A stretch of 64,000 bases of DNA from Scyliorhinus canicula (Eukaryota), in the NCBI RefSeq assembly GCF_902713615.1, contig NC_052148.1, positions 104,587,098-104,651,097 on the forward strand, read 5' to 3'. Shown in pieces: positions 63,845 to 64,000 of this stretch; within the stretch, counting starts at the first letter, position 1, and the number at the start of each line of letters is the position of its first letter. The notes under the pieces are model-generated. The model ran no database searches, was not told the DNA's origin, and saw nothing but the letters and a program-made list of their open reading frames with translations. A program made the translations under genes and the position numbers.

Positions 63845-64000
63845 AATACCCCTGTCCTTCACATCTTTGGGTTATGGGGGTGGGACCCAAGCAGATATGG
63901 AGAATGTGTAAACTCCACACGGACGGTGACCCAGGGCCAGAATTGAACTCAGGTCCTCGGTGCCGTGAGGCAGCAGTGCTAACCACTGTGCCATCGTGCC
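63845..64000 (-). mobile_element. V-SINE 5' portion
   Basis: Reverse complement GGCACGATGGCACAGTGGTTAGCACTGCTGCCTCACGGCACCGAGG. Confidence 0.88.

Overview
Vertebrate genomic DNA, about 70-80% transposon-derived by eye. The repeat complement (HE1/V-SINE, HER1-like CR1, GGG(C/T)GGATTCTCC MITEs) points to a shark, probably a catshark (inference). Two host genes face each other tail-to-tail. SHISAL2B/FAM159B (+) contributes a TM-coding exon at 2414-2571 and a probable last exon at 9738-9886. SREK1IP1 (-) contributes its last two exons at 58970-59048 and 51662-51851. The ~41 kb between them is a stack of nested elements. A ~12 kb two-gene PIF/Harbinger transposon (13838-25998) sits in a SINE tail and contains a solo LTR, which itself contains a near-full-length CR1; a second LINE lies elsewhere in the Harbinger. 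Also present: a complete decayed Gypsy provirus (30877-36381) inside an L1, a Gmr1-type (INT-before-RT) LTR element carrying an L1, a hAT transposase fossil, RTE/L2/CR1 fragments, a Copia RT fragment and a tRNA-Pro-like gene with an extra anticodon-loop insert. I see no clear-cut new multi-gene system. The best leads are the intron-bearing tRNA-Pro-like locus, a LINE with a Pol III-type head and no ORF1, one V-SINE head joined to three different tails, and a stop-introducing alternative splice donor in SREK1IP1.
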